DNA of 64,000 nt from an uncultured Candidatus Saccharibacteria bacterium (GTDB lineage Bacteria; Patescibacteriota; Minisyncoccia; UBA6257; WO2-44-18): positions 18,824 to 82,823 of the forward strand of contig CAZWVU010000002.1 of the NCBI GenBank assembly GCA_964637575.1, given 5' to 3'. The position numbers and the translations under genes were made by a program. Below the pieces are notes generated by a model. The model did not search any database, was not told where the DNA came from, and worked only from the letters and a program-made list of their open reading frames with translations. How positions within the stretch are numbered: the stretch's first letter is position 1; each line of letters starts with the position of its first letter. Shown here in pieces: positions 9,880-19,679 of this stretch.

Positions 9880-10578
9880 ATGGGAAATAAAACACGACCA
9901 TTTTCATACCGACTCGGCATTATCCACAACTGGAACTCCCGCTGGATGCCGAAAAATCTTAAATTCAAATCCCATCTTGAGGAGGATGTTTTGATCCGTG
10001 ACATCGTGAATGAAAAAATCGGCCTGGCCGGCATCGTCCGGATCGAGATCGAACGTTCCGCCGACAATTCCTTCCGCGTGAGCATCAAGGCCGCCCGTCC
10101 GGGTTTGGTGATCGGCCGTGGAGGCAAGGGCATCGAAGATCTGACCGCCGCGGTCCGCGCTCAATTAGAGAAACTGTTCCACAAGCGCAGCGGTACCACG
10201 AAGCCTGCAAAATTCGGCTTGAGCATCAATGTTGAAGAGCTGAAGCGGACGGACATTTCGGCCCAGTATGTCGCGCAATCCATTGCCTGGGATCTGGAGA
10301 AGCGTCTCCCGTTCCGCCGCACGATAAAGAGATACATTGAAAGCTCCCTTCAGAACCGCGAGGTGCAGGGCGTGAAAATCAAGCTTTCCGGCCGCTTGGA
10401 CGGCAATGAAATCGCCCGCCGCGAATGGCTTGCGAAAGGGAAACTCCCGCTGCAGACGCTCCGCGCCAACATTGATTACGGGGAAGCCACATCCTTTAAC
10501 AGCTACGGCACCGTCGGCGTGAAGGTCTGGCTTTACAAAGGCGAGGTGTTCGACAAGGACAATAAAAAGTCTGTATAA
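9880..10578 (+). CDS. rpsC: 30S ribosomal protein S3
   Basis: RPGLVIGRGG, SGRLDG, PLQTLRANIDY. Confidence 0.99.
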   Translation: MGNKTRPFSYRLGIIHNWNSRWMPKNLKFKSHLEEDVLIRDIVNEKIGLAGIVRIEIERSADNSFRVSIKAARPGLVIGRGGKGIEDLTAAVRAQLEKLFHKRSGTTKPAKFGLSINVEELKRTDISAQYVAQSIAWDLEKRLPFRRTIKRYIESSLQNREVQGVKIKLSGRLDGNEIARREWLAKGKLPLQTLRANIDYGEATSFNSYGTVGVKVWLYKGEVFDKDNKKSV

Positions 10579-10583
10579 CAACC

Positions 10584-11003
10584 ATGCTTGTACCCAAAAA
10601 AGTAAAACACCGGAAATGGATGAAGGGCCGCTCCCGCTGGAGTCCCACTGAAACCCGCGGCACGAAATTGTCGTTCGGCAGTTTTGGTTTGAAGGCGGAG
10701 AGTATGGCCTGGGTAAATTCCCGTCAGATTGAAGCCGCCCGGCGCACCATCAGCAATTTCATTAAGCGCGAGGGAAAAGTCTGGATCCGCATCTTTCCCG
10801 ACAAACCGATTACGAAACGTCCGCCGGAACTTACAATGGGCGGCGGCAAGGGATCGGTGGATCACTACGTTTTTGCGGTAAAGCCGGGACGGGTTCTTTT
10901 TGAAATGGACGGAGTAAAGCCGGAAGTCGCCAAGCAGGCGCTCCGTCTGGCCGGGTTCAAACTGCCGTGCCGCACAAGAATAGTTGAAAAAGCAGCCCAC
11001 TAA
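10584..11003 (+). CDS. rplP: 50S ribosomal protein L16
   Basis: [23 protein letters not shown]. Confidence 0.99.
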   Translation: MLVPKKVKHRKWMKGRSRWSPTETRGTKLSFGSFGLKAESMAWVNSRQIEAARRTISNFIKREGKVWIRIFPDKPITKRPPELTMGGGKGSVDHYVFAVKPGRVLFEMDGVKPEVAKQALRLAGFKLPCRTRIVEKAAH

Positions 11004-11004
11004 T

Positions 11005-11202
11005 ATGAAGAAAAAAGAACTGGAACAATTAAAAAGCAAACCGAAAGCGGAATGGGAAAAGAGTCTTGCGGAAAGCCGGGAGAAGCTTTGGGCCTTGCGC
11101 ACTGACCTCGCCGCGGGTAAGGTAAAGAACGTTAAAGAAATCAAGGAGGTCAGAAAAATGATTGCCCGCCTTCTCACCTTCATTAATCACACCAATGGAT
11201 AA
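11005..11202 (+). CDS. rpmC: 50S ribosomal protein L29
   Basis: IKEVRKMIARLLT; synteny. Confidence 0.93.
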   Translation: MKKKELEQLKSKPKAEWEKSLAESREKLWALRTDLAAGKVKNVKEIKEVRKMIARLLTFINHTNG

Positions 11203-11452
11203 GCAAATCGCCCAGGTTAAAAAGCGCACCCTTCAGGGAACCGTCGTTTCCGACAAAATGCAAAAGACGGTGGTGGTTTCGGTTACTCACGAAAAGAAAC
11301 ATCCCAAATACCTTAAGTATTACAAAGTTACCAACCGCTTTAAGGCCCATGATGAAAACAAGGAATATAAAGTGGGAGATAAAGTAACTATCGAAGAAAC
11401 CCGGCCGATGTCGAAAGACAAGCGGTGGAAAGTGATCGCTAAAATTTCGTAA
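11195..11452 (+). CDS. rpsQ: 30S ribosomal protein S17
   Basis: GTVVSDKMQKTVVV, ETRPMSKDKRW. Confidence 0.98.
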   Translation: MDKQIAQVKKRTLQGTVVSDKMQKTVVVSVTHEKKHPKYLKYYKVTNRFKAHDENKEYKVGDKVTIEETRPMSKDKRWKVIAKIS

Positions 11453-11461
11453 ACCAATTAT

Positions 11462-11830
11462 ATGATCCAGGAACGAGCCATCTTAAAAGTTGCCGACAAC
11501 ACCGGAGCCAAAACGGTCCGCTGTTTCCGCGTGCTCGGCGGCAGCCGCCGGCGCTACGCGGAAGTGGGGGATGTGATCATTGCCTCCGTGCAGACTGCCG
11601 AGCCGCGCAAGGCGATTAAGAAAAAAGACGTGGTCAAGGCGGTAATTGTCCGCCAGCGCAAAGCCATGCGCCGCGCCGACGGTTCATATATCCGTTTTGA
11701 CGACAACGCCGTGGTCATTATTGATGACAAGAAGGAGCCGAAAGGCACCCGCCTGTTCGGACCGCTGCCCCGCGAAGTCAAAGAGCGGGGATATGACTCC
11801 ATCGCTTCGATGGCCGAAGAAATTCTCTAA
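11462..11830 (+). CDS. rplN: 50S ribosomal protein L14
   Basis: [17 protein letters not shown]. Confidence 0.99.
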   Translation: MIQERAILKVADNTGAKTVRCFRVLGGSRRRYAEVGDVIIASVQTAEPRKAIKKKDVVKAVIVRQRKAMRRADGSYIRFDDNAVVIIDDKKEPKGTRLFGPLPREVKERGYDSIASMAEEIL

Positions 11831-11838
11831 CCATTACA

Positions 11839-12150
11839 ATGAAAATCCATAAAGGAGACACGGTGCAATTATTGAGCGGACGCGATGCCGGAAAGAACGG
11901 CAAAGTTTTGCGTATCGACGGCAAAAGCGGCATGGTGGTAGTCGAAGGACTCCAGCTCGTAAAGCGGCATGCGAAGCCGAAAAAGCAGGGCGAAAAGGGC
12001 CAGGTCATTTCGGTCCCTTCCTCTTTTAATGCTTCTAAAGTTATGCTACTCTGCCCTAGCTGCAAACAGCCGACGCGGGTGGGATACCGTTTCGATAAAA
12101 ATGGCGAAGCCAAAATCCGCTACTGCAAAAAGTGCAACAGCGCGATCTAA
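11839..12150 (+). CDS. rplX: 50S ribosomal protein L24 (CxxC...CxxC type)
   Basis: KGDTV..GRDAGK KOW motif; synteny. Confidence 0.97.
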   Translation: MKIHKGDTVQLLSGRDAGKNGKVLRIDGKSGMVVVEGLQLVKRHAKPKKQGEKGQVISVPSSFNASKVMLLCPSCKQPTRVGYRFDKNGEAKIRYCKKCNSAI

Positions 12151-12154
12151 AATA

Positions 12155-12664
12155 ATGGAGAAGAACGTCTATAAAAATTTCGAAAAAGTGGTGGTGAACA
12201 GCGGACTCGGCAAGATTTCCCAATTGCCGAATTTTGGCGATAAAGTGCTGCCGGTGATCGAAAAAGATTTTGCGAGCATTACCGGGCAGAAACCTTCCGA
12301 GCGTCCGGCCACCAAGTCAATTTCCGGATTCAAGCTCCGGCAGGGACAGGTCATAGGTCTGAAGGCAACGCTCCGCCACAAGCGGATGGAGCAGTTTCTG
12401 GAGAAGGTGATGAAAATCGTCCTGCCGCGCGTCCGCGACTTCCGCGGCCTGCCGCAGCGCAACGTGGATACTCATGGCAGTCTGAATTTCGGAATCAAAG
12501 ATGCTTCAGTATTCCCGGAGCTCGTGCAGGATGCCACCAAAGTCAGCTTTGGCGTGGAGATCACCGTGGTTCCGAAAGTGAGCAAAGACCGCGTTCAGAT
12601 GCTGGAGATATATAAGGGGATCGGCGTGCCCTTCAGCAAAGAAGAAATCAAGAAGAAAAAATAA
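12155..12664 (+). CDS. rplE: 50S ribosomal protein L5, N-terminally short
   Basis: [25 protein letters not shown]. Confidence 0.97.
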   Translation: MEKNVYKNFEKVVVNSGLGKISQLPNFGDKVLPVIEKDFASITGQKPSERPATKSISGFKLRQGQVIGLKATLRHKRMEQFLEKVMKIVLPRVRDFRGLPQRNVDTHGSLNFGIKDASVFPELVQDATKVSFGVEITVVPKVSKDRVQMLEIYKGIGVPFSKEEIKKKK

Positions 12665-12666
12665 TT

Positions 12667-12852
12667 ATGGCCAAGAAATCAGTTGTCGCCCGAGCGTTAA
12701 AAAAGCCCAAGTTCTCAACCCGGATTGTCCGGCGCTGTTTTCGCTGCGGCCGTCGCCACGGATATATGCGGACATTCGGCGTATGCCGCATCTGTTTCCG
12801 GGAACTTGCGGGCCGCGGTGAAATTCCGGGTGTAAAAAAATCTTCCTGGTAA
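12667..12852 (+). CDS. rpsZ: 30S ribosomal protein S14, zinc-binding type
   Basis: 61 aa, CFRCGR...CRICFRE. Confidence 0.98.
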   Translation: MAKKSVVARALKKPKFSTRIVRRCFRCGRRHGYMRTFGVCRICFRELAGRGEIPGVKKSSW

Positions 12853-12859
12853 TACCAAT

Positions 12860-13243
12860 ATGGTCTACGATCTCTTAACAAAAATTAAAAACGCCCAGAA
12901 GGCCCGGAAAGAATCACTGAAAGCGCCTTACTCCAACCTCGACTATGCCGTCGCAGAAGTTTTGGCGAAAAATAATTACGTTGAAAGCGTGGCGAAAAAA
13001 GGACGTATGCCCAAGAGAATCATGGAAATCAAACTGAAATACGGAGCTGATAGCCGGGGCGCCATCAACGGAGTCCGGATTTTAAGCACCCCGTCCCGCC
13101 GGCTGTACACCGGTTACGAAAAAATCCACCCCGTGAAGCAGGGTTACGGACTGGTCGTGCTCTCCACCTCAAAAGGATTAATGAGCGGCCAGGAAGCGCG
13201 CAAGTCAAAAATGGGAGGCCAGCTTTTATTCGAAATTTGGTAA
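12860..13243 (+). CDS. rpsH: 30S ribosomal protein S8
   Basis: DLLTKIKNA, STPSRRLY, LSTSKG. Confidence 0.98.
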   Translation: MVYDLLTKIKNAQKARKESLKAPYSNLDYAVAEVLAKNNYVESVAKKGRMPKRIMEIKLKYGADSRGAINGVRILSTPSRRLYTGYEKIHPVKQGYGLVVLSTSKGLMSGQEARKSKMGGQLLFEIW

Positions 13244-13252
13244 ATAAAAAAC

Positions 13253-13804
13253 ATGTCTAAACTCGCAAAGAAACCGTTGATAATTCCCGAAGGCGTCACC
13301 GTGAAAATGGCTGATGGCATGTTGGAATTTTCCGGAAAGGAGGGCAAGCTGACGCTCAAGGTACTGCCGTTTATCAATATTGAAATTGCCAATGGCCAGA
13401 TGACCTTCAAAACTGCGGAGCAGACAAAACAGGGCCGCGCCAATCTCGGCACTATGGCATCTCTTTGCAAAAACGCGGTTGCCGGCGTGAGTGGAGGCTA
13501 CATGAAAGTGCTGGAAATCGACGGCATCGGTTACAAGGCTGCGATGGAAAAAAACGATATCGTATTCAACGTGGGATTGACCCATCCGGTTCGCTTTACT
13601 CCGCCGGGAGGCGTAAAAGTGGTGCTGGAAAAGAACATGATCAAAGTTTCCGGCGTGGACAAGTTCCTTGTAGGCGAGGTGGCAGCGAAGATCCGCAAAG
13701 TTTCTCCTCCGGAGCCATATAAAGGAAAGGGGATCCACTATCAGGGTGAGGTCATCCGCCGCAAGGCCGGCAAAAAAGTCGCGGGCGCCGGTGCCGCTGC
13801 ATAA
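13253..13804 (+). CDS. rplF: 50S ribosomal protein L6
   Basis: [16 protein letters not shown]. Confidence 0.99.
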   Translation: MSKLAKKPLIIPEGVTVKMADGMLEFSGKEGKLTLKVLPFINIEIANGQMTFKTAEQTKQGRANLGTMASLCKNAVAGVSGGYMKVLEIDGIGYKAAMEKNDIVFNVGLTHPVRFTPPGGVKVVLEKNMIKVSGVDKFLVGEVAAKIRKVSPPEPYKGKGIHYQGEVIRRKAGKKVAGAGAAA

Positions 13805-13812
13805 CCACTGCC

Positions 13813-14166
13813 ATGAATAAAATCGCAAAACTCAATTTGAACAGAAATATGCGACAGCGCCGCGTGCGGGCGAAGATTTTCGGTACCACGGGAAAGCCGC
13901 GTCTGGCCATCTTCCGGAGTAATAAATACACCTACGTCCAGCTTATTGATGACACAAAAGGACAGACGCTTGCTTCCGCCTCCACGCTTGAACTGAACAA
14001 GAAAGGCAAGAAGACCGAGCTTGCCAAAGAACTGGGCACTCTGATTGCCGAAAAAGCCAAGAAGGCCGGTGTGAAAATGGCGGTATTCAATCGTTCGAGC
14101 TATAAATATCACGGCCGTGTCAAAGCAGTTGCCGAAGCTGCGCGTGAAGCCGGTCTGAAAATATAA
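13813..14166 (+). CDS. rplR: 50S ribosomal protein L18
   Basis: [27 protein letters not shown]. Confidence 0.99.
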   Translation: MNKIAKLNLNRNMRQRRVRAKIFGTTGKPRLAIFRSNKYTYVQLIDDTKGQTLASASTLELNKKGKKTELAKELGTLIAEKAKKAGVKMAVFNRSSYKYHGRVKAVAEAAREAGLKI

Positions 14167-14169
14167 ACC

Positions 14170-14772
14170 ATGGAACAAACTACCCCAACAACTCAACAGA
14201 CTGAACAAAAACCCGCGGGAGCTGCCCCGGCAGCCGGCGGACGGCCAGGTTTCGGCCGGCCGGGAGCCGGAGGAAGACCCGGTTTTGGCGGGCGCCCGGG
14301 CGGTCCGCGGCGTTTTGGCGCGAAGCCGAAGGAGGTTTTGCCGATGGGACTGAAAGATAAAATGCTGGATCTGCGCCGCGTTACCCGCGTGGTTGCCGGC
14401 GGCAAGCGTTTCCGTTTCCGCGCGACGATCGTGCTCGGCAATGAAAAGGGCAAGCTGGGCATCGGCGTGGCCAAAGGATTGGACGTGCAGGCTGCGATCG
14501 CCAAGGCGAAGAACGCCGCGCTGAAGAACCTGATCGACATCAAACTCAAGGGCCGGACGATCCCGCACGAAGTGGAAGCGAAGTTCAGCGCCGCGCATGT
14601 CCGCATCAAGCCGGCGAGCGAAGGGCACGGTTTGAAGGCCGGCGGCGCGGTCCGTGTGGTCCTTTCCATGGCGGGCGTGAAGGATGTTACCGCCAAGTGC
14701 CTCGGCCGCACACCGAATAAACTGACCAACGCGCTCGCGACTGTGGAAGCGTTAAAAAACCTTAAGGTGTAG
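14170..14772 (+). CDS. rpsE: 30S ribosomal protein S5 with Gly/Arg/Pro-rich N-terminal tail
   Basis: RVTRVVAGGKRFRF, AGGAVRVVL. Confidence 0.99.
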   Translation: MEQTTPTTQQTEQKPAGAAPAAGGRPGFGRPGAGGRPGFGGRPGGPRRFGAKPKEVLPMGLKDKMLDLRRVTRVVAGGKRFRFRATIVLGNEKGKLGIGVAKGLDVQAAIAKAKNAALKNLIDIKLKGRTIPHEVEAKFSAAHVRIKPASEGHGLKAGGAVRVVLSMAGVKDVTAKCLGRTPNKLTNALATVEALKNLKV

Positions 14773-14782
14773 AATTAAAACC

Positions 14783-15178
14783 ATGCAATTACACGAACTC
14801 AAACCAGCCCATCCCTTAAAGGACAAGAAGCCGCGCGTCGGCCGCAGCGGCAAGCGTGGCACGACTTCCGGCAAGGGGCAAAAAGGACAAAAAGCGCGCG
14901 CGGGCCGCAAGATGCGTCCGGCAGAGCGTGATTTTTATATGCGCCTTCCGAAATTGCGCGGCGTGAAGAATAAGCCGAAGGAAGCTCCGTTAGAGGTTAT
15001 CAGCGTTGGCAATCTGGATCATTTCGCGAAGGACGGCGTGGTCAGCGAAAAAATACTTGGCCGCAAAGTGAAGGTTCTCGGTGACGGTGAAATCAAAACG
15101 AAAATTACCGTGGAAGGTCTTCCTGTTTCCGAGTCGGCGAAACAAAAAATAGAAGCCGCGGGCGGAAATGTTAAGTAA
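14783..15178 (+). CDS. rplO: 50S ribosomal protein L15 (rpmD absent upstream)
   Basis: RVGR..GTTSGKGQKGQKAR, SAKQKIEAAGG. Confidence 0.98.
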   Translation: MQLHELKPAHPLKDKKPRVGRSGKRGTTSGKGQKGQKARAGRKMRPAERDFYMRLPKLRGVKNKPKEAPLEVISVGNLDHFAKDGVVSEKILGRKVKVLGDGEIKTKITVEGLPVSESAKQKIEAAGGNVK

Positions 15179-16442
15179 ACTTCTTCAGGTTTTCCGGGTT
15201 CCGGATCTCCGTAAAAAAGTGCTGTACGTGATTTTGGGTTTGGTCGCGTTCCGGATCCTCGGAACCATCCCGATTCCGGGAATTGACTCCGCCCGTCTGG
15301 CCCAATTTTTGAACTCCAACCAGATTTTCGGCTTTTTGAATATTTTTTCCGGCGGCGGGCTTTCCCGGCTTTCCATCGTCATGCTTGGCGTCGGCCCGTA
15401 TATCACCTCGACGATTATCATGCAGCTCCTGACCATGATTTTCCCGAATCTCAAGCAGATGTATTACGAGGAAGGCGCTGCGGGAAAGGCGAAGTTCAAC
15501 CGGTATTCCCGGTTTATTACGGTGCCGTTGGCAGTCTTACAGGCCTATGGATTCCTTAATCTTTTGAAAAGCCAGGGCGTTATCGGCTCGCTGAGTTCAC
15601 TGGCACTTCTGCAGAACGTGCTGGTCATCACCACCGGCAGCTTGATTTTGATGTGGATCGGCGAGTTGATCACCGAGCAAAAGATTGGCAATGGCATTTC
15701 GCTGATTATATTCGCGGGCATCGTGGATCGCATTCCGATCGCGGTACGCACCGCGGTAGCCTCATTCGACCCGTCCAATCTCCCAACCTATATCGCGTTC
15801 GTCATTTTGAGCGTGTTGATTATCGCCGGCGTGGTGGTGGTCAACCAGGGTGAGCGGAAAGTGCCGATTGCATACTCCCGCCGCATCCGCGGCAATAAGG
15901 TCTACGGCGGCGTGGCGAGTTATCTGCCGATGAAAATCAACCAGGCGGGTGTGATCCCGATTATTTTCGCGATCTCTATCCTGCTCTTCCCGCAGTTCTT
16001 CGGCCAGATTCTCGCGATCTTTTCACCGGCGCTTTCCGTGAAAATTCAGACCGCGGTCAACGGATTTTTGAGCAACCAGCTTATCTACAGCGGACTCTAC
16101 TTCGTGCTCGTGGTCGCATTTACCTATTTCTATACCGCGATTACCTTTGATCCGAATGAAATCGCCAAGAACCTCCAGCAGAGCGGGGGATTCGTGCCGG
16201 GCATCCGGCCGGGAGAATCCACCGGCGACTTTATCGGCAAGCTGACCAAGCGCATCACGCTCTTCGGAGCGCTCTTTCTCGGCATCATCGCAGTTCTGCC
16301 GAATCTGGTTCAGTTACTTACCGGTATCCAGGCGCTCACTATCGGCGGCACGGCGCTCCTGATTGTCGTCTCCGTGGCACTGGAAACGATCAGCCAACTT
16401 GACTCGGAATTGACTCTTAGGCAGTACGAAGGTTTGCAGTAA
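15168..16442 (+). CDS. secY: Preprotein translocase SecY
   Basis: LGVGPYITS, GNGISLII, AGVIPIIFA, FVPGIRPG. Confidence 0.99.
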   Translation: MLSKLLQVFRVPDLRKKVLYVILGLVAFRILGTIPIPGIDSARLAQFLNSNQIFGFLNIFSGGGLSRLSIVMLGVGPYITSTIIMQLLTMIFPNLKQMYYEEGAAGKAKFNRYSRFITVPLAVLQAYGFLNLLKSQGVIGSLSSLALLQNVLVITTGSLILMWIGELITEQKIGNGISLIIFAGIVDRIPIAVRTAVASFDPSNLPTYIAFVILSVLIIAGVVVVNQGERKVPIAYSRRIRGNKVYGGVASYLPMKINQAGVIPIIFAISILLFPQFFGQILAIFSPALSVKIQTAVNGFLSNQLIYSGLYFVLVVAFTYFYTAITFDPNEIAKNLQQSGGFVPGIRPGESTGDFIGKLTKRITLFGALFLGIIAVLPNLVQLLTGIQALTIGGTALLIVVSVALETISQLDSELTLRQYEGLQ

Positions 16443-16470
16443 GTTGGTTTTGTGTCGGTTGCGCTTTTGA

Positions 16471-16535
16471 CCAGCTCCTCCTTCTCCTCGGCAGGACGTC
16501 GGGCTACAATCCTGCCTGTGGGAAAGAGGAGCTGG
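16471..16535 (+). repeat. Dispersed hairpin repeat family A, copy 1
   Basis: Invariant CAGGACGTCGGGCTACAATCCTG apex; outer stem CCAGCTCCTC/GAGGAGCTGG. Confidence 0.9.
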
Positions 16536-16585
16536 CCTTAACTTAACCCTTTCACAAAACCAACCGTGTTTGATTAGTTTTTATG

Positions 16586-16626
16586 AAAATCAAAACACTC
16601 CGATTTTGTCGGAGTGTTTTGATTTT
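16586..16626. terminator. Bidirectional intrinsic terminator
   Basis: AAAATCAAAACACTCCGA-ttttg-TCGGAGTGTTTTGATTTT. Confidence 0.8.
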
Positions 16627-16883
16627 CAGATTTCCAGCTTTTTGCGGGTGACAAGCTGGCCATCGTTCAATTGGACAATCAACTCGTAACCCGCGTCCTT
16701 AAATTCTACGCACGTGATGTACAACTCCAGGGCTTTCTTGATGTCCTCTGCGTGGCTCTTGCTCCCCATAAGCTTTTGGAGTTTTTGCATTTTCCTCCAC
16801 GCTGGTTCTGCAAAATCCAACTCGATCCTGTGGCAGTTTGACCTTGGGCGTGGCGTGCGTGCGCGGTCGGTTTCCATATGCAT
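16626..16883 (-). CDS. Small ribbon-helix-helix-like DNA-binding protein
   Basis: RIELDF..AW..MQKLQK.MG.KS.AE.IKKALELY beta-alpha-alpha pattern; own SD and terminator. Confidence 0.6.
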   Translation of the reverse strand: MHMETDRARTPRPRSNCHRIELDFAEPAWRKMQKLQKLMGSKSHAEDIKKALELYITCVEFKDAGYELIVQLNDGQLVTRKKLEI

Positions 16884-16973
16884 CCCTTCTTGAGAACTGC
16901 TGATACATTATCATAATGTTCACAGGAGTCAAATTACTGAAGTTTTTATCAGTTGTGTGCTAGAATTTTTGTT

Positions 16974-17666
16974 ATGGCGAAAAAAGCGGTGATTATTTAC
17001 GGTCCGCCGGGGGCGGGGAAGGGGACGCAGGCGAATCTATTGGCCTGGACGAAAGGGTTCGTTCATTTTGATACGGGAAAATTCCTGGATATTCTGGTGC
17101 ACGACAAAGATAAACAAAGCGATCCAGCGATCGCTGAAGCGCGGCGGCAGATGGATTCCGGCGAATTGGTGACCCCGGAATTCGTGCTGAAGATCACCGC
17201 GGAGGAGGCAAAGAAAATTGGCGAATCCAATTTCAGCATCGTCTTCAGCGGTTCACCACGGACAATGTTTGAAGCGTGGGGCGACGATAACAATAAAGGC
17301 CTGATCGCGGTACTGGAAGAAACCTACGGCAAAGAAAATATCTATCCTGCACATCTGGTGATCGATCCAAAAAAAGCGATTAAGCGCAACGCGAACCGAA
17401 AGATCTGCTCGATCTGCTACACGGCAATCCTGTACAATGAAGAAAAAGGACACCTCCATACGACCTGCCCGCTCTGCGGCGGCGCGCTCCGGACCCGCAG
17501 CGTTGATAATCCGGCCGTGTTTGAGACACGCATTAAGGAATATGAAGAGCGTACCGCGCCAATTCTGGCCGAGCTCAAAAAACATGGCTACAAGGTGTAT
17601 GAAGTGGACGGCAATCCATTGCCGTTTGACGTTTTTGCCGATTTGAAACAAAAGCTGGGTTTGTAA
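16974..17666 (+). CDS. adk: Adenylate kinase family protein with zinc lid
   Basis: GPPGAGKGTQA, CxxC...CxxC lid; secY-adk-map synteny. Confidence 0.9.
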   Translation: MAKKAVIIYGPPGAGKGTQANLLAWTKGFVHFDTGKFLDILVHDKDKQSDPAIAEARRQMDSGELVTPEFVLKITAEEAKKIGESNFSIVFSGSPRTMFEAWGDDNNKGLIAVLEETYGKENIYPAHLVIDPKKAIKRNANRKICSICYTAILYNEEKGHLHTTCPLCGGALRTRSVDNPAVFETRIKEYEERTAPILAELKKHGYKVYEVDGNPLPFDVFADLKQKLGL

Positions 17667-17680
17667 TACACTTACAAACC

Positions 17681-18436
17681 ATGATTAAACAGCCAGCAGA
17701 TATAGAAAAGATCCGTAAGGCCGGAAAAATTTTGGCGGGCGTCGCTAAGACCATTCTTGCCAATGCCCGGGAAGGCGTCCGCTTGAGCGAGTTGGATGCC
17801 ATGGCTAAGAATCTCATTAAAAAAGCCGGAGGCACGCCGGCATTTTTAGGATATCGGCCTTATGGCGCCGACCGGCCATATCCGGCTTCAATCTGCACCT
17901 CTTTAAATGACGTGGTAGTGCATGGCGTGCCGACGCGTTACGTTTTAAAATCCGGCGATCTTTTGAAATTGGATTTCGGCGTGATCTATGAGGGCTGGTA
18001 TGCCGATGCGGCCTGGACAATTGGTATTGGTGCGATCAGCGATGAAGCGCAAAAGCTTATCAAGGTCACCGAGCAGGCGCTTTTTGACGGCATTAAGCAG
18101 ATGAAATCCGGCTGTCATCTCGGCGACATCGGCTGGGCGATCAGCAAGACAGTCCATAAATACGGCTTCAATGTAGTGGATGGATTAACCGGCCATGGCG
18201 TCGGTCGGGAACTTCACGAGGATCCGAGCGTATTTAACGAGGGTAAAAAGGGGAGTGGTATTGCGCTGCGGCCAGGCATGGTTCTTGCGATTGAGCCGAT
18301 GGTGAGCGCCGGTTCGCCGCGCATCGTCCAATTGGATGACGAAAGTTACGCCACTGAAGATAAAAGTTTATCCGCGCACTTTGAACACACAGTAGTCATA
18401 ACTGATAAGGGACCGGAGATACTCACGTTGATTTAG
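17681..18436 (+). CDS. map: Methionine aminopeptidase type I
   Basis: CTSLNDVVVHG, GHGVGRELHE, AIEPM, AHFEHT. Confidence 0.98.
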   Translation: MIKQPADIEKIRKAGKILAGVAKTILANAREGVRLSELDAMAKNLIKKAGGTPAFLGYRPYGADRPYPASICTSLNDVVVHGVPTRYVLKSGDLLKLDFGVIYEGWYADAAWTIGIGAISDEAQKLIKVTEQALFDGIKQMKSGCHLGDIGWAISKTVHKYGFNVVDGLTGHGVGRELHEDPSVFNEGKKGSGIALRPGMVLAIEPMVSAGSPRIVQLDDESYATEDKSLSAHFEHTVVITDKGPEILTLI

Positions 18437-18554
18437 CCAGCACCGCCCAATGGTGGCTTTCATTTTGCGACACTAGAGCTGCGCGCTGTATGACAAGGCA
18501 GGATTTCCACAGCCCTGTTCTTTATTTATTTTTTAATTTGATATAATGAAAACT

Positions 18555-18986
18555 ATGCCAAACAAATCTAAAAAATTATGGGTCTGGATAGTAGTGGTCG
18601 CAGTTATTCTTATCGCGGTGGGCGCATTTTTGTGGCGGAACGGGTGGAAGCTGCCGACGTGGAGCGCGGGTGGTAATTACCAAGCCATTTTCTTGAGCAA
18701 CGGCCAGGTATACTTTGGTAAGGCGGCGCATCTCCGGGAGCAATATGTTACCCTTACCGACGTCTACTACTTGCAAGTAAATCAGGTTTTACAGCCTGTC
18801 CAGGGTAAGAAAGAGCCCCAGCCGACACAGGCCATCAGCCTGGCGAAGCTTGGCGCCAGCGAAATCCATAAGCCGACTGACGAGATGATGATCAACCGGG
18901 ACCAGATCTTATTCATCGAAACCATGAGCGATGATTCCCAGGTAGTGAAGGCGATCACTTCATATAAAGAAAGCCTGAAGAAATAA
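18555..18986 (+). CDS. Membrane-anchored conserved CPR hypothetical (Sm-like pattern)
   Basis: N-terminal TM; YQAIFLSNGQVYFG, DVYYLQ, INRDQILFIE; TATAAT 7 nt before ATG 18555. Confidence 0.8.
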   Translation: MPNKSKKLWVWIVVVAVILIAVGAFLWRNGWKLPTWSAGGNYQAIFLSNGQVYFGKAAHLREQYVTLTDVYYLQVNQVLQPVQGKKEPQPTQAISLAKLGASEIHKPTDEMMINRDQILFIETMSDDSQVVKAITSYKESLKK

Positions 18987-19054
18987 CAGTAAACCAGTAA
19001 AACCCGCAAAGTGCGGGTTTTTGGTTAGGACCGTACACACACGAGACCAGGTGG

Positions 19055-19159
19055 ACGAGCTTTTGCGATAGCCGCTTTAGCTGACGTTGCAAAAGCTCGT
19101 CAATATTTCCCGGGCAGGTTTCCCTGAATACCTGTCGCTAAATATACCTTGTGCGACAG
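19055..19159. repeat. Intergenic inverted repeats
   Basis: GACGAGCTTTTGC...GCAAAAGCTCGTC and CTGTCGC...GCGACAG. Confidence 0.6.
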
Positions 19160-19225
19160 AAGATAGAGTTCGACCGACCACTCCCCTCTAATAAAAAACC
19201 ACCGCGTTTGGCGGTGGCGTTTTGT

Positions 19226-19654
19226 TTACTTAAGCCCCTTTAGAATCTTCTTTGCGGCCTTGTTTTGTTCACGATCGTACTTATTTGCTTCCTTTTGCCG
19301 CCGGCGCTCTTCCTGGCGCCGCTTTTTATTTTCCGCCTCCTCTTCGGCTTTCCGCTTTTTGTCGCATAGGATGTCGTATAACTTTCTCCCGCCGCCGAGC
19401 TGTACAGATTCTCCGTTCCTGTACACCTTCACGTAGTAGTCCTTCACCCACGGTGACATCTCGTACATCCGCAGGAGATCGTCCTCTCGCTCGGTATAGC
19501 CGATAACAAAAGTTATCTTCTGCCCCCTGGTCGTCTTTTCAAGCTCCCAGTCCCCGCTCCTGAGCTGCTTCCATCCCCCAAGGCCGGCCGGTTTCGTCAC
19601 CAGCGCCTCAACCTTACTCGCCAATTTCTGAAGGTTTGTCGACTTCTCAGTCAT
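19226..19654 (-). CDS. Orphan hypothetical with charged coiled-coil C-terminus
   Basis: 142-aa ORF, SD GAAAGGAG, terminator at about 19192-19222. Confidence 0.7.
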   Translation of the reverse strand: MTEKSTNLQKLASKVEALVTKPAGLGGWKQLRSGDWELEKTTRGQKITFVIGYTEREDDLLRMYEMSPWVKDYYVKVYRNGESVQLGGGRKLYDILCDKKRKAEEEAENKKRRQEERRRQKEANKYDREQNKAAKKILKGLK

Positions 19655-19679
19655 TGCGCTCTCCTTTCAAAAATGCGGC

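Noticed and set aside
14230-14310. GGRPG repeats in the uS5 N-terminal tail
   Set aside because: Low-complexity tails on CPR ribosomal proteins are common.
14772-14783. Absence of rpmD (uL30) as a novelty
   Set aside because: Established hallmark of CPR; used only for taxonomy.
19021-19185. tRNA-like fragments (TGGTTAGGAC ... GAGTTCGAC)
   Set aside because: No acceptor stem or cloverleaf can be built and the spacing is wrong.
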